From: an uncultured delta proteobacterium
Lineage (GTDB): Bacteria > Desulfobacterota > Binatia > Binatales > Binataceae
Assembly (NCBI GenBank): GCA_963842085.1
Contig: CAWJET010000001.1
Coordinates: 128,001 to 192,000 of the forward strand
Reading direction: 5' to 3'
Length of the DNA: 64,000 nt
The notes beneath the pieces were generated by a model. The model saw only the letters and a list, made by a program, of their open reading frames with translations, ran no database searches and had not been told where the DNA came from. This document shows positions 62,742 to 64,000 of the stretch, one piece after another (position 1 is the stretch's first letter; each line of letters opens with the position of its first letter). The translations under genes and the position numbers were made by a program.

Positions 62742-63751
62742 GGATGGCGGGCCGTCGCGATCGGCTCGAGCCACAGAAGTTGCACTCCGCCGGCGGGATC
62801 GTACCGCGCCACCTGCATCGAGGCGGCGTTGTGCGCATAACCAATTCTGCCGCGCCGGTCGACGAGCACAATTCCGGCCTCGGCGCCCGTCGCGTCGATC
62901 ATTTCGGCAATCGCCTCGCGCGCGACGGCCCGGGGCGAGCCGTCGGCGAGCGCCAGTACCGCCTCGCGGCACAGCGCGGTCAGGATGATCGCCTCGCCGT
63001 GCCCGGTCGCCGAGGCTGCGCCGAATGCGTGCGCGAAAGTGCCGGCGCCAATCAGCGCGGAATCGCCGATGCGTCCAAACAGTTTGCCCGGCACGCCCCC
63101 GGTCGAGGTCGCGGCCGCGATCGCACCGTGCACATCGACGGCGACCGCGCCGACGGTGCCATGTCCCATCGTTGCGCGTGCAGCTGCTTCAGCTTCGAGC
63201 ATCCCGATCTGCTGCTTTCGCGCCCGCCATCGTTCGCGAGCACGCTCTGTAACCATTTCCTGGGGCCGCACGAGGCGGATGCCGACTCTGCGCGCGAAGC
63301 TTTCCGCGCCTGCGCCGGCCATCAGGATGTGCGGCGAATGTTCCATCACGGCGCGCGCGAGCATGATTGGATTTCGCACGCGGCTTACCACGGCAACCGC
63401 ACCGGCCGAGACGGTGTAGTCAGCTTCGTCAGAATGAGCGGAGTGGTCTGAGCGCTTGCCTCGTGAAAAATGCGGGACGGGCTCCGCCAACATCACGGAC
63501 GCATCCATTTCGACGTTGCCTTCGGAGTTGAGCAACGAGCCGTAGCCGGCGTTGAAGAACGGATGATCCTCGAGGGCCACGACCGTCGCGACCACTGCGT
63601 CGAGCGCGCTGCCGTTAGCGCGAAGAATGCCCGCGCCGAGGCGCACCGCAGCCATCATCGCGCGGCGCCGCTCAGGGCGTTCGGCGCCGGGCCCCGCGTT
63701 ACCGGCGCCGCCGTGCGCGACGAGCGCGGGACGATTGCGCGCGCGAGCCAT
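62738..63751 (-). CDS. Isoaspartyl peptidase / L-asparaginase (Ntn hydrolase)
   Basis: HGGAG, LED...FNAG.GS, EMDASVM, GTVGAVA, ATSTGG, GRIGDS, TGHGE. Confidence 0.93.
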   Translation of the reverse strand: MARARNRPALVAHGGAGNAGPGAERPERRRAMMAAVRLGAGILRANGSALDAVVATVVALEDHPFFNAGYGSLLNSEGNVEMDASVMLAEPVPHFSRGKRSDHSAHSDEADYTVSAGAVAVVSRVRNPIMLARAVMEHSPHILMAGAGAESFARRVGIRLVRPQEMVTERARERWRARKQQIGMLEAEAAARATMGHGTVGAVAVDVHGAIAAATSTGGVPGKLFGRIGDSALIGAGTFAHAFGAASATGHGEAIILTALCREAVLALADGSPRAVAREAIAEMIDATGAEAGIVLVDRRGRIGYAHNAASMQVARYDPAGGVQLLWLEPIATARHP

Positions 63752-63752
63752 C

Positions 63753-64000
63753 TCAGGGTCCGGGCCGCCGGCCCCAGATAAACAGCCGCTTGAAGTCGAA
63801 CGTCATCGGCCCGGAAGTGCCGTAGGCCGCGTTCAGCCGAGCCGTCAACTGGGCAAGGAATTCGTCGTGACGATTTTTTGGAAGCGCGTCGAGGAAGGGC
63901 CGCAGGCCGGTCGAGCGGTACCATTGAACGACGTCGGCAGGCCGATCCATCGGATGATGAAACATCAGGTGATAGCAGTCGATTCGATCGTAGCCGAGCT
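63753..64000 (-). CDS. tam: Trans-aconitate 2-methyltransferase, C-terminal part (5' end outside window)
   Basis: H.......VVQW..STGLRPFLDAL, FLA....RL..AY, F.RLFI. Confidence 0.75.
   Translation of the reverse strand, partial: LGYDRIDCYHLMFHHPMDRPADVVQWYRSTGLRPFLDALPKNRHDEFLAQLTARLNAAYGTSGPMTFDFKRLFIWGRRPGP

Overview
High-GC bacterial chromosome segment. The gene content (DUF1329, Amidohydro_2, acyl-CoA dehydrogenase, 11-subunit nuo cluster) is suggestive of Ca. Binatota or a related deltaproteobacterium-like lineage; this is inference. In order it carries: acvB/virJ-mprF; a rhodanese domain joined through an in-frame UGA with a SECIS-like hairpin to a K+ channel (a predicted selenoprotein ion channel, the top finding); a repeat-stalk membrane protein; an OprB-type porin; a MocR regulon; fatty-acid and redox enzymes; a frameshifted BNR-repeat surface protein; a lower-GC island (IS1595 remnant, intact IS3, orphans) bracketed by palindromic repeats; a dprE1/dprE2-like pair; korAB; ligA; a GIY-YIG nuclease sitting inside an inverted REP-like doublet; a pduO cluster; accBC, aroQ, rsmI, purU; nuoABCDHIJKLMN without nuoEFG; IF1/zeta-like zinc-ribbon paralogs; an ArnT-like gene; an asparaginase; and partial tam. 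Four intergenic repeat families were seen. No rRNA, tRNA or CRISPR array was recognised. All calls are by eye, with no database searches.
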